In this document: piece after piece, positions 1-10,793 of the stretch
Numbering within the stretch: the stretch's first letter is position 1
How the letters are laid out: every line of letters starts with the position of its first letter
Assembly: GCA_963805855.1 (NCBI GenBank)
Contig: CAWDVW010000006.1
Span: 256,001-320,000, forward strand
Reading direction: 5' to 3'
DNA: 64,000 nucleotides
Origin: Candidatus Dadabacteria bacterium
GTDB lineage: Bacteria > Desulfobacterota_D > UBA1144 > Nemesobacterales > CSP1-2
Notes under the pieces: generated by a model
Told to the model about the DNA's origin: nothing
Seen by the model: the letters and a program-made list of their open reading frames with translations, nothing else
The model's database searches: none
Program-made: the position numbers and the translations under genes

Positions 1-668
1 ATGGTCACAATCGACTTTCTTATATAACTCGGAATGCTCCTAACCAGGCGAGAAGGTCTTAAATCCTTATTCACACGAATAGGCACCGATGTAATAGCCA
101 TATTCTTTTGACCAGCTTGAATGATTGTTTCCAGTGTATAAGTATACTCATTAAAAACGTTCAGACGCAGCGCGGCTTCCCGACTCATAGCACGGAATCC
201 ACTCGAAGCGTCAGTAATGTCACTTCGACTCGTAATTCTCACGACCCAACTTCCTATTTTTTGCAAAAGTTTTTTCAGTGGAGAGAAATGCTCGATTTCG
301 CTTATAGGTCTTGATCCAATAACGATTTCCGCTTTGCCGTCCAAAATCGGCTTAACGAGAGCGTTAATATCCGATGCGTTATACTGATTGTCGGCATCGG
401 TATTGACTATTATGTCAGCATCCAGTTTTACACATGCATCCACCCCTGCAACAAACCCTTTAGCAAGACCCTGGTTTTTCGTGAAACTTACAATATGGTC
501 TACTCCAAATGCCTTAGCCACATCGACAGTTTTGTCAGTGCTACCATCATTTATTACTAGCCACTCGATACAATCTACTCCAGTAAGTTTGCGGGGTAGT
601 GAGGAAAGCGTAGTTCCCAAGGTAGTTTCCTCGTTATAACACGGTATTTGTATAATTAGTTTAATCAT
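1..668 (-). CDS. Glycosyltransferase family 2 (DPM1-like), runs off window start
   Basis: Not in ORF track. Manual translation from ATG at 668 gives MIKLIIQIPCYNEE...INDGSTD...NTDADNQY...DASSGFRA, typical GT2 motifs. Confidence 0.9.
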   Translation of the reverse strand, partial: MIKLIIQIPCYNEETTLGTTLSSLPRKLTGVDCIEWLVINDGSTDKTVDVAKAFGVDHIVSFTKNQGLAKGFVAGVDACVKLDADIIVNTDADNQYNASDINALVKPILDGKAEIVIGSRPISEIEHFSPLKKLLQKIGSWVVRITSRSDITDASSGFRAMSREAALRLNVFNEYTYTLETIIQAGQKNMAITSVPIRVNKDLRPSRLVRSIPSYIRKSIVT

Positions 669-1069
669 GTATGAAATCTTCTAATGTCTGCCTGTTCTGG
701 CCTTAAAATATTTTTAGGAGTCACCCATATTACCTAGCCTAAGCGGGAACAATATTCAAGTATCTACTATCGAGGTGTCTCCTGTCGACGACTCTACAGC
801 AAAAATAGTTACCACAAAGGGTAGCCCCCGTGTTTTAATGCTAGCTCTTCGTGACTTACCAAAGTTTGTCGATTAGCACTCGCTACTGATATGCAGATGT
901 ATGAAATGTCCAACAAATTCGCACCTATCGCGCGTGTAATCCTTAGGTAGTTAACAAATGCGAAAAATTACTTAGCTTGGATCACCGCGTAAAATTGTCG
1001 AACAGCGATCTGGTAGTCATGCATCAAAGCGTCGGCCACAGGCTTACCTGAATGTTCCCACCCTATTGG

Positions 1070-2982
1070 CTATTGTCCATCTGTATCATCATTGCCTGGA
1101 TTTTGTAGAAGCTCGTCCGCCATTTTTCGCTGTAACGGCTTTTTAGCTAACTTAAAGAGCTTGCCGTATGCGCCCGCGTGAACCAGCTTAAAGTGGCTAG
1201 TGAAAAACTCATCCATGGGCAAGTCTACCTCTTTACCATCCGTACCGGACCAGGAAGTAGGTAGCGCCCAAGGCCTTCAGCTCGCTATAGAGACCTTGTC
1301 CTTCCGTGAGTTTACTAAGAATGCGAGAGTAACGTGCGGGGCCGAACCAGTCCCCCTCAAAGTTACCGTCGGCAAAGTAGGTGATTCTCACGTCGTAGAG
1401 GGGCATAGACCGTGTAGTCATTTCCGTCTAGCTCGTTAAGGAATTTGTATGCTGAATAAGAAGGCAATTGCTTCGCTAAATAGGAATCTCGCTGCTCTTG
1501 TGTCACTGGCACTGGACCTTGCTGACGCACTTCATTCACGGCATAAGGAAAGCCAGGCAACATCAATAAGCCAATTCCAAGGGCCGTGATCAGCGCGTGG
1601 CTAGTCCGTCTGCGCCAGAAGGGCAACCAGAGTAATAGGCGTCCCAGAGATTCTGCAGTTACCAAACTGAGAATTGTGAATATTGGGAGGAGATAACGCA
1701 GTACCCGAGCAGTGAAAAACCAAAATAAGGTATACGCAAAAATGCAGATCAACATAGCTCTTAGGTATCGATTTCGAAATCCAAAGAGGAGCGAGACAGG
1801 AAATGTGAAGAAGTAGATTGGTGACAGCGAGGATGGGGAGTTGAAGAGTTGTGGATTAAAAGTCAGATCCCAAGGAAGAGTAAGAAGGGAAACTAATGAT
1901 TTCCATGAAACAATGGCCTTTATCAGTATTGGTAGTTCTATATCTACATCTTCAGGACTATAGATGGTATACCCAAAGACCTGACCAAAGAACGGAAAAA
2001 CAGGGTTCCCGGTATAATAAATGTTTCGCAGATAGAAAGGAGCCGCTACACAGACGGCAATTATCGCAAAGACCGCAGGATAAGTCCAACGTCGCTGGCG
2101 CACGCCGATATATAAAGCAGCAAGCACGAAAGCGCCGAGGAGGAAAATTGCATTGTATTTTGACCCCATGGCAAGTCCCGTGAAAGCCCCAGCGATAACT
2201 AACCAGTAACGTTCCTTGTTAAACATCCAGTTAAAAAAGGCATAGACACCTAGAGTCACGAATAAGGTCAGTCCAAGATCGATATAAGCCGAGGTGCCTA
2301 GCCACATTACTAAAGGATTTCCAAGCCATAAGGCCGCTGCCCATAATCCAGCCCTTGAAGAGAAGACCCGGTGTCCCCAGGCATAGAGGGCAACAGCTAC
2401 TAGTAACATCATAAGAAACTGCGTGAGTTGCGCTGCGATGTCGTCATAAACCAGCATGAGGGTGAAGAGCATCTCATTAATCTGTGGGAACAGGGGAAAA
2501 CGTAGGTAAGGTACCACAATAATCTGATGACTCTGTACATATATCTTGGGGTAAGGCAAGTGATACATAGTGGCATCGAAAGCTGTGGGTGGATAGAGGG
2601 GCAATAATAATATAGGCAGTAAAATAATTAGGATCACGAGGCATATGGTCACTCCTGGGAATAGAGATTTATATTTCGAGGCACTTAACGTCTTCCAGCA
2701 TGTAGCGATCGTGCGGAACCACGCAGTCCACACCGGATAGCACCCCAATAGGCAAGCCAGGATTACAAGTAATAAGGTAGATGGATATAGGAATCCTAAC
2801 ATGCCCAGGAAAAATACTAAGTAAGCAACGATCCCCATTCCTAGGCCAATGGAGAAGGCGATTTGTTCCCAGATAGAGTCAAACTTTAATTTCAAGAGGA
2901 GTCTGCGGCCGAAGATATAGCTAGTGAGGGTAAATAGTCCTAGGGCTAAATAGTGTGATAAAGCGAAGCTAATTTCTCTCAT
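1070..2982 (-). CDS. ArnT/PMT-like (GT-C) polytopic membrane glycosyltransferase, apparent frameshifts near 1410 and 1240
   Basis: 539-aa ORF with many TM segments and FDATMYHLP, YIDLG, GSKY and YLRNIYYTGNPVFPFF motifs. Coding continues in the 1233..1421 ORF and again in another frame to about 1070. Confidence 0.7.
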
Positions 2983-4723
2983 TTGGATGTTTCGCCATTA
3001 TTCAAGTTTCCAAGAAGCTCCTTAAAATTTTCCAGTTTAAACAAACTAAACACTTCAGCCCCAGATTTTTCGTAAAATGCGTTTACCTTTCTCAACTTTC
3101 CACCATTTGACGCAACGAGTTTATAAAATGACTCGCTTATATTCTTATAATAATTGGTGTATATAGGAAAATATAAGCTATCCTTCATCTTATTTTCTGG
3201 AGATAGAAAAAAAGTCCTAAAAACTTGAAACCTTTCTTTCTCTGTTGTTGCATTAAGCAGATCAAATACTATCGAGTTAATTTTTACCTGACCTTTATTC
3301 AGGAAATACAACTGAGAATATAAGCCCCACTGTATATGGACTATATCATTGTAATCGATACCATTTTCGTCAATATACGATTTTAAATCGTAAATTGCTG
3401 GGCTAAAATATCCTGTACCGTTTGTTTTATTGGCTTCACTAACCTTGGCGTTTGAGACAACGAGATTCATACCCAATATAAGAATGGGTATGGCAAAGAC
3501 AATGAATCTCACTGGCTTATATACGCCAAATAATCTATACATTAAAACTAACGCAGACAAAATTGTTAGTTCATAAAATGGAATTAGATATACATAATGA
3601 CCAGCTCTTGTAGTATTTGGGCTTATCAGTATAAACACCATTATCAATAAGAATACGAGTAAAGGGAAAAAATATAATTTGTGTTCTTTTGCCTCTTTCA
3701 ATTTAAAAATTTTATATAGAGAGACAATGAATATAATTATAATTGCTAAAGTTATTACAATATATAAATAATAATACTCCCCAAAGAAAGAAAATAAAAT
3801 TTTGAATTTAATGCTGAGTTCATCAATAAGGGGTTTCGCTTGTTTATAATCTATAGGAGTTTTGTTGTATTCAGTGCGACTGAATATTTTTAGAAAAAAT
3901 GGTTTCAGCGTCGGAAACCCGGAATAGATGTTGTAGATTATATAATTAAATAATCCAAAAAAAACTCCAAGGAGGATAGTAATAATATTTTTAAAAGAGG
4001 ACAATACTGATATCCAATATTTTCTGAAGAACATGAAACTTGACAGGATCAAGGCGGCGATAATCCATGAAGAATAAAAAGCTAAATTTGCGCTAAAGAA
4101 AAGAAAAAAAACAGCTAGAAATAGAATTACAGGCTTATGAGACTTGGTAAAATATTTATGAAATAAGTATATTGACAGCGGTATTAAGAAAATGTGCCAG
4201 GAATCAGCGAAGCCATTGCGTATCTCTGGATAAAAAATTGGCGATGTTGCAATTAATAAGCTTGAGCAAAATGCAAGCAGAAAATTGTGTCTTGAGACAA
4301 TAAAAAAAAACCTGTTATCGATATAAAAAAATAGAAAAATTCAAGAAATCGTAAGCCAAACAGGTAGTTATCAAAAAAACAAATGGGTAAGAAAGGTATG
4401 ATAGCTACTGACGAAATGTATTGTTTATACATTAAAGGAATAGAAACATCAAAAAGGTGAATATCAAAAATGCTCTGATTATAGGGATATGCCACAGGAT
4501 TAAATAAGGGGATCAGGTTGTTTACTCTGAATACCTCATCAAATTGCAACCCATAATCCAGGCTGCCTCTAAATAAAAAACCAATAATTGCAAATAATAT
4601 TAAAATCACCAAGGTGCTTTTTATTTTATTTGCTTTACTGGGCAAATCTTTAATTTCGATTGTTGAACTCTTAATGGGCATCAGCATGTTTGCATATGGG
4701 CTAAGCAAACTATACTTTCTCAC
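2979..4723 (-). CDS. Polytopic membrane protein, GT-C-like, split by a frameshift in an A9 tract (4302-4310)
   Basis: ORFs 4253..4723 and 2979..4052 join if one base is added in the homopolymer. N-terminal QFDE motif follows the first TM; very AT-rich. Confidence 0.6.
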
Positions 4724-4824
4724 TAATTAAATATTGCGCCAATATTAATTTTGACCATACCCCATATGTTGTCATTTCTTGATAGAAAATTATTTTATTG
4801 CCTTGTGATAATCTTCAGGTTTGC

Positions 4825-5063
4825 CTATATCAATAAAATAACCATCTGATTTGTGAAGCCGTCTGAGTTGGCGTGGTCCATTAAATTTGCAGAAGGACCA
4901 ATCGTCCAGCCATACTTGCGATGGTATCTCCAATGGCGGCTGATATTGAGGTCATAACCGGAGAGACGAAACCCTAACTCGATGATGCCAAGAAAGAAAA
5001 CGAGGTAAGATAACAATAGTGGAGTCTTATACAGAACGTCTTTGTTCGTAACTTTCTTAGCCA
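4825..5063 (-). pseudogene. Truncated N-terminus of a membrane-anchored SGNH-hydrolase-like protein
   Basis: TM helix followed by IELGFRL...YHRKYGW...NSDGF resembles the N-terminal region of such proteins; ORF then ends. Confidence 0.3.
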
Positions 5064-5269
5064 TGTTGCTCACTGAGGTGAAGACAGTACATTGCAATCC
5101 GCGCCACACCACAAACAATGCGCATTCACTGTAAATGGATTAAAATTTTTAATTAACCCTCTTTCATATTGCCACCTCTCACCGTACTCATCTCTCATCT
5201 TTGAAGCACAGCCTGGACTCACCTTGGCGGCGCTCACCTAGCATTTAGCGACTTCTGTGTCTTTGCTCC

Positions 5270-6388
5270 TCATGATTCATATTTAACGTCAATGTCAACA
5301 TTTGAACTTGAATTGTTGGCTAATTCCCTCTCGGATTTTATTTTCATACTCTTCGCAGAATCTTCTTTAGCCGCCATGATTCCTTTAATTTTGCATGCCT
5401 TAAATGTCCACTTGTATGCGTTGTGTAAAAGCCGTGATGTTAAATTATCTTGGCTAAATCCATAAGTAGTGTTCAAATTGGCGATTTTGTCTAATTCAAA
5501 GGTTGACCTGATTTTTGCATTAAAGATAGGACGAATTACTTCCCATTCCTCCTCACTTCCCATGACCTCCGCCCACTTATGAAGCCCTGGATCCTGATGC
5601 AATCTACTTAAGATATACTGATCTCTTCCGCGAAGTATAAGACGTTTGCAAAAATCATGAAGTGTAATGGCACGATTCGCCATACTAACCGCTTTAGCGT
5701 TGTAGACAACCTTTAGGTTATATCGGGACAGACGGAATCCAAGCTCGATATCTTCACAAATACGCACAATGGGATTAAAAACGCCATATTCAATTAAAAA
5801 CGACCTCTTACAAGAAAGCCTTCCTGCCCAGAAATAGGTATAATCAAGAATATCTCCATGTTTTATATTTGGATATGAAAAAAGTAAATGGCCGACTTCA
5901 GTTATATAATGCATTAATGGTGTAAGTGTAAGACTTGGCGACCAGCCCGTATAATTCAATACGGCGTAGTTATCGTCTGGATATTTATCATGAGAATTTA
6001 TATGTTCTTCTAAAAGAGTTGGTGTTGCTATGTCATCATCGTCTAGAAAAAACAAGATTCTCCCTTGAGCTGCATATATACCATGATTCTTAGCTGAAGA
6101 ACGACCCGCATTTTTTTGATAGAAGTATTTGATCGGGAGTCGATCAAAAAATGAATATACATTCTCCTTTGTCTGATCATCAGACCCGTCGTCAATTATT
6201 ATGACCTCGTAATCTTTCTTATCCAAAGTTTGTTCAACAAGACTTTCAAGTGCCGTTTTAAGAAGACTATCTCGATTGAATGTATTTATGATGACACTAA
6301 GGTGAGGAGTATTTTTTACTGAATTCAAGTTATTATTCGGATCAGACGCACCTTTCTCGAAGGGCATTTTTTTTCTTCTGTGGCGCAT
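5270..6388 (-). CDS. Glycosyltransferase family 2
   Basis: SVIINTFNR, IIDDGSDD, FLDDDD and CEDIELGFRL motifs. Confidence 0.9.
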   Translation of the reverse strand: MRHRRKKMPFEKGASDPNNNLNSVKNTPHLSVIINTFNRDSLLKTALESLVEQTLDKKDYEVIIIDDGSDDQTKENVYSFFDRLPIKYFYQKNAGRSSAKNHGIYAAQGRILFFLDDDDIATPTLLEEHINSHDKYPDDNYAVLNYTGWSPSLTLTPLMHYITEVGHLLFSYPNIKHGDILDYTYFWAGRLSCKRSFLIEYGVFNPIVRICEDIELGFRLSRYNLKVVYNAKAVSMANRAITLHDFCKRLILRGRDQYILSRLHQDPGLHKWAEVMGSEEEWEVIRPIFNAKIRSTFELDKIANLNTTYGFSQDNLTSRLLHNAYKWTFKACKIKGIMAAKEDSAKSMKIKSERELANNSSSNVDIDVKYES

Positions 6389-7043
6389 TTGTTAAACGGT
6401 TTACTGAAGGTAAAAATAGCTTGAAAACATCGAAAGGCCTACAAATTTTCGTACTGCTAAATGGTTGATGTACCCAATCTCCAAGTAAATCGTGCCCACC
6501 CAATTTCTGAAAGATAGCAAAGTTTTCCCGAGTCTCTAATTTTTCCCATTTGGGATCATTCAGCATAAATTTTACCAGAATATGACAGCTTATTATGTCA
6601 GTATCGTCGATAAACATCAAGCCACCTTGTTTTAGAAGCTCTGCACAGTAAAACCAGTCAACTATTGGGAAGGGGAATCTATGAGCTCCGTCAATAAAGG
6701 CAATATCGTATTTTTCCCCGGAGATTCTTGGTAAAAGGTTGGGAGAATTGCCAATCGAGAATTCAAAACTGGCCAGAGATACGTCTAATTTACGGCAATA
6801 AGCTGTTATACGATTAACTTCATCTTGGGAGGAGACAATACTAGTATGGATGGAAGCATTGGTTATACAGAAATACCACGTGGTATAACCGGCTCCCGTC
6901 TCTGTTGTATGCATTCTTGGATTTAAGTAGTGGTCGAGAAACCTCAACAATTGCAAATTCGAATTCCACGATATTAAATTACCTTTCTCATCAAGCTGAA
7001 GTAATGGAAGGGCACTTTCTAATCTGTTTACTATTTGAGCCAT
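6342..7043 (-). CDS. Class I SAM-dependent methyltransferase (Methyltransf_24-like)
   Basis: ETGAGYTT, DIAFIDGAH and LKQGGLMFIDD motifs. Confidence 0.8.
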   Translation of the reverse strand: MAQIVNRLESALPLLQLDEKGNLISWNSNLQLLRFLDHYLNPRMHTTETGAGYTTWYFCITNASIHTSIVSSQDEVNRITAYCRKLDVSLASFEFSIGNSPNLLPRISGEKYDIAFIDGAHRFPFPIVDWFYCAELLKQGGLMFIDDTDIISCHILVKFMLNDPKWEKLETRENFAIFQKLGGHDLLGDWVHQPFSSTKICRPFDVFKLFLPSVNRLTNAPQKKKNALRERCV

Positions 7044-7228
7044 TTTTTATAATCACGCGAGTACTTTCATCTATAAAACCATAACTTGAAATCCCAGGCT
7101 TTTAATCCTGGGGAAAAATCTTTCCCTTAGCATAGCTCAGGTAAATTTTCGACATGCACTACGAAAACTAAGCAAGTCAGAAGGACGAATCGTTGGCCTT
7201 TAAACCGAGTAATGATTCACTTTTCATC

Positions 7229-7969
7229 CTATGAATACGACTCCAATATTCTAAATGCTTCTCCTTTCGATAAGTGAGGGTTCCGTGACAAATAGTCTTC
7301 CATATTTTTATTGGCTTTGTTATAGTCGTAGTTTGTAACAGGTTTTCTCATGCTATGATCTACAGGGGTAGCATCTATTATACCCATTCTCAAGCCCATC
7401 TTTTCGATTAGATAGGGCCACACGAAGTCGTAACCCCAACCCATGTAATTACTCTCATCGAAAGGGAAAATCAGTGAATATATATCGTGTCGCACAGAAA
7501 ATAGCGGTCCAATCTCAACATATCGAGTCCTTCTAGCCTTCAACCCAGAAAGCTGCCTGACAAAGTGGAAGTCTATATAGCTTTCATGGGTTCTTGCTGG
7601 TTGAGCGAGCGCAAAATCATATCTAGCAACCAACTGGAGATAAGATTCTAGAAAATTATCAGGCAATGCAATATCATCATCACAAATAATCACGAAATCA
7701 TAATGATCTAGATCTTCTTTTAGTAGCATCTTATTTAATAACACGAATTTGGGTAGTCCATCCTGAAAATCCATCTCTGTTACTTTTCTGACGTCTTCCG
7801 AAGAGATCTCTCCTCCTATGTTAATCCACTTCTGTTTCAATTTCCACTTACAGGACTTATTAAATTCGTTAACTAGATGCCCTATATTGTTTTTTTGCTT
7901 TGAAAGATAAATGCCTAATATTAAAATTGACACGTTACTTGGCATAAAAATCCCTCGTGAAGAAGTCAC
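7229..7969 (-). CDS. DUF707-like GT-A-related protein
   Basis: ICDDDI, LAQPA, YVEIGPLFS and GWGYDFVWP motifs. Confidence 0.6.
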   Translation of the reverse strand: MTSSRGIFMPSNVSILILGIYLSKQKNNIGHLVNEFNKSCKWKLKQKWINIGGEISSEDVRKVTEMDFQDGLPKFVLLNKMLLKEDLDHYDFVIICDDDIALPDNFLESYLQLVARYDFALAQPARTHESYIDFHFVRQLSGLKARRTRYVEIGPLFSVRHDIYSLIFPFDESNYMGWGYDFVWPYLIEKMGLRMGIIDATPVDHSMRKPVTNYDYNKANKNMEDYLSRNPHLSKGEAFRILESYS

Positions 7970-8012
7970 TTGAAATAACCCGACAGTTATTTAGATTCGC
8001 GTGCGACGAAAA

Positions 8013-10733
8013 TTACCCAGCATCAAGCACGTCACCAAATTTCAAACTCATTTCGTCGTGCAATTGGTGCTCCTGTATCGAGTGAAAAATCTCAGCAAGC
8101 TTTTTACTGATAATTTCTTTAGAATAGTTTTTTTCAATATGTTCAATAGATTGTATAGAAATTTTATTCCAAAGCAACTCATCCGTATATAATCTTGCTA
8201 CAGCATCTGCAAATCCTTTTGGTTCATCTGTGATAAGCGCATTTTCACCATCTACAAGTCCCATGCCTTCTGCACCAATTTTAGTGGTCACCACCGGCAG
8301 ACCACAAGCCATGCTTTGTCCAATTTTACCCTTCATTCCTGAACCGTAGCGTAAGGGCGCAACAAATACACGACAATTCTTAAAGTAAGGGGTTACATCT
8401 TTCACGTACCCTGTTACTAAGATATCCTCTGAATGGAGTTGTTGAATTGATTTTGGGGGGTTACTACCAATTATGAAGAATTTCATATCTTCTATCTTGT
8501 TTTTAACTATTGGCAGTATTTCTCTGATAAAGTAAATAACAGCGTCCTCGTTCGGCCGATGAAAAAATCCACCTATAAACATTATATTTTTTCTTTCTTC
8601 AAATGTTCTGTCTACTTTGACAACATCGTGAACGTTTGGTACTACTTCTACCTTAAGTTCCGGGATTTCCTTTAACAAAAGTTCTTTTTCATCTTCAGTT
8701 ACAGTAAATACGGTGTCAGAGCAAGCAGAATTAAAAAGTTCCATAGATTTATAATGATTGGCCTCATGAAGCAGCGCCTCCTTTCCGCTAACCGTCGCAG
8801 CTCTTTTCAATCTCAACCAGTGAAGGTCGACCGTATCATATATGATGCTACTATTTATGGCATAGGCCCTAATATAGGGTATATATTTAAATGCAATTTC
8901 TGGTCTTGATAAAATTACAAAAGTAAAAATGTGTCCAATTTTTTGTAGGTATTTCTCGAAATCAACTGTTGCATCTAATATAGTTATTCCTATTTGGTGA
9001 AGTTCGCTCGAATACGGTTCCGTCTTCTTACAGTCATCGGGGAGAAAGGCGACCTTGAAGCCGATTTCATTTAGTATTCTTAACATTGAATACATTCTTA
9101 AGGATCCAGAGTCCTTATCATACGTAGGTACAAATCGATCAATTACAAGAATCCACTCATCTTCTTCTGATACAGTAACGATTATATCTCTCAAACCTAT
9201 ATCATCTTCAAATGTTATTTCCTTTGATTCTTTAATAGCCCTTGAGGGGTTTTTAAATTCTTTCAGTTTCTCCTTCGTTTTAAGGACAAACATTGACCAT
9301 CCTTGGAACGTAATTGTTTTAATGCTTTTCCAAAACAATTCATAGGTAGACCGCCTAAAGGTCCCAACCGGCATAACTCTAGCTTCCAAGCTACGGAATT
9401 TGGCTATCAACCGCCAACCAATACTGCTGTTAGCATCTAGCCAAAATTGATAAAGCGACTCTTTTTCCATAGCCATCTCTTCCACAGTCTTCTGCTTGTC
9501 ATTCACGACAACTCGAAGCTGCCCAACTCGTTCCGTTAACCGTTCTATCTCATCCGTTAGTAGATTCTCCTGTTGCTTTTGCTCTCCTAGTGCCTCTGCA
9601 AGTTGAGCTACGTGCTGCTCTTTGTCGGCGAGTAACTGCTGAAGTTGAGCTACGTGCTGCTCTTTGTCTGCGAGTGACTGCTGAAGTTGAGCTACGTGCT
9701 GCTCTTTGTCTGCGAGTGACTGCTGAAGTTGAGCTACATGCTGCTCTTTGTCTGCGAGTGACTGCTGTTGTAATTTTATTGTTATTGAAAAGTTGTTGAT
9801 TTGTTGATCCTTGCTTATCAAAACACTTTCTAACTGCGCCCTCGGTTCTTCATGATGGAACCGTTCGAGCAGCCTGGAAAACTTGCTAATGTTTTCTGAT
9901 ATCAAATTCTCCGGTCGACGATCCGAAGTTGAAGGTACAAATCCTTCCGTCGTAAGAGCACGCAGGCCAATGTAAAATAACTTATGTTCGGTTGTAAGCT
10001 TGTCTTCGTTTAAGAGTTCGAATGTTTCACAAGTATGGTGTCTTAACTCATGGAAAATTGTTTCATGAAGTTTGGATAGATCGTTAGGCCTTTGTAGCCC
10101 ACAGAACTCAACTAATTTGCTGATTTCCCGTGCCCAATCGTTAAAAAAGTCCTCATAAAAAGTAAAAATCCTGAGACAGCCTTCCGTATCCCGAATGGCT
10201 GCTTGCATATACTGATTCCAGAGCAATAGACCTTTTTGCATAGAGAATTTGTCGCGCCTAGCCAAGGACTTGGCGATTTCTAACGGGCTTCGAACACAGA
10301 TTACGAATCGTAGATCAGGAATGAGTAATTTCCAGAATGGAAGTAGGATAGTTGCCCGGGGGTCTTTCCATCCCCATGTTGGACTATTCGAAAAGATTTT
10401 CATTTGGTCTTTTGCTTTAAGGACAATTTGCTCTAATGAAGCATCGTACTCCCACCCCTCTTTAAATAGAGGTGGGTTATCCCAAGACCCTCCCAAGTGC
10501 GCAAGCAAAGCATCGTCGATTTCATAAGTGAAGCTCACGTTCTCGAAGTATCCCATTGGATTTGTCTCACTTGGTTCCATAAGCTGCTCAGGCGGACCTA
10601 AATCTAAACCACACAGGTTGAGCAAGCGAGCGATCATTGAAGTTCCACTGCGATGCATACCTATGATGCAGACCGCCTCATTGTTTTTTTCTTCCATATT
10701 GCTTTGCATCGAGCCACCCGTGGTAATGTCCAT
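8013..10733 (-). CDS. Sulfotransferase / coiled-coil / GT-B (GT4-like) glycosyltransferase fusion
   Basis: N-terminal GMHRSGTS and WGWKDPR (PAPS-binding sulfotransferase); central Q/E/K-rich heptad region; SIGWRLIAKFR amphipathic segment; C-terminal DSGSLR and APLRYGSGMKGKI GT motifs. Confidence 0.85.
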   Translation of the reverse strand: MDITTGGSMQSNMEEKNNEAVCIIGMHRSGTSMIARLLNLCGLDLGPPEQLMEPSETNPMGYFENVSFTYEIDDALLAHLGGSWDNPPLFKEGWEYDASLEQIVLKAKDQMKIFSNSPTWGWKDPRATILLPFWKLLIPDLRFVICVRSPLEIAKSLARRDKFSMQKGLLLWNQYMQAAIRDTEGCLRIFTFYEDFFNDWAREISKLVEFCGLQRPNDLSKLHETIFHELRHHTCETFELLNEDKLTTEHKLFYIGLRALTTEGFVPSTSDRRPENLISENISKFSRLLERFHHEEPRAQLESVLISKDQQINNFSITIKLQQQSLADKEQHVAQLQQSLADKEQHVAQLQQSLADKEQHVAQLQQLLADKEQHVAQLAEALGEQKQQENLLTDEIERLTERVGQLRVVVNDKQKTVEEMAMEKESLYQFWLDANSSIGWRLIAKFRSLEARVMPVGTFRRSTYELFWKSIKTITFQGWSMFVLKTKEKLKEFKNPSRAIKESKEITFEDDIGLRDIIVTVSEEDEWILVIDRFVPTYDKDSGSLRMYSMLRILNEIGFKVAFLPDDCKKTEPYSSELHQIGITILDATVDFEKYLQKIGHIFTFVILSRPEIAFKYIPYIRAYAINSSIIYDTVDLHWLRLKRAATVSGKEALLHEANHYKSMELFNSACSDTVFTVTEDEKELLLKEIPELKVEVVPNVHDVVKVDRTFEERKNIMFIGGFFHRPNEDAVIYFIREILPIVKNKIEDMKFFIIGSNPPKSIQQLHSEDILVTGYVKDVTPYFKNCRVFVAPLRYGSGMKGKIGQSMACGLPVVTTKIGAEGMGLVDGENALITDEPKGFADAVARLYTDELLWNKISIQSIEHIEKNYSKEIISKKLAEIFHSIQEHQLHDEMSLKFGDVLDAG
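9601..9767. repeat. In-frame tandem repeat, 4 x 42 bp (14-aa unit QQSLADKEQHVAQL)
   Basis: Near-identical units agttgagctacgtgctgctctttgtctgcgagtgactgctga start at 9601, 9643, 9685 and 9727. Confidence 0.95.
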
Positions 10734-10793
10734 TTGGTGTTTTCTTCTAGTTACTTTTTTTCCTTCTTATGCTATGCAAGATCCTCGATTTTA

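Noticed and set aside
9601-9767. Possible CRISPR array
   Set aside because: Units are contiguous with no unique spacers, lie in frame within a CDS, and no cas genes are present.
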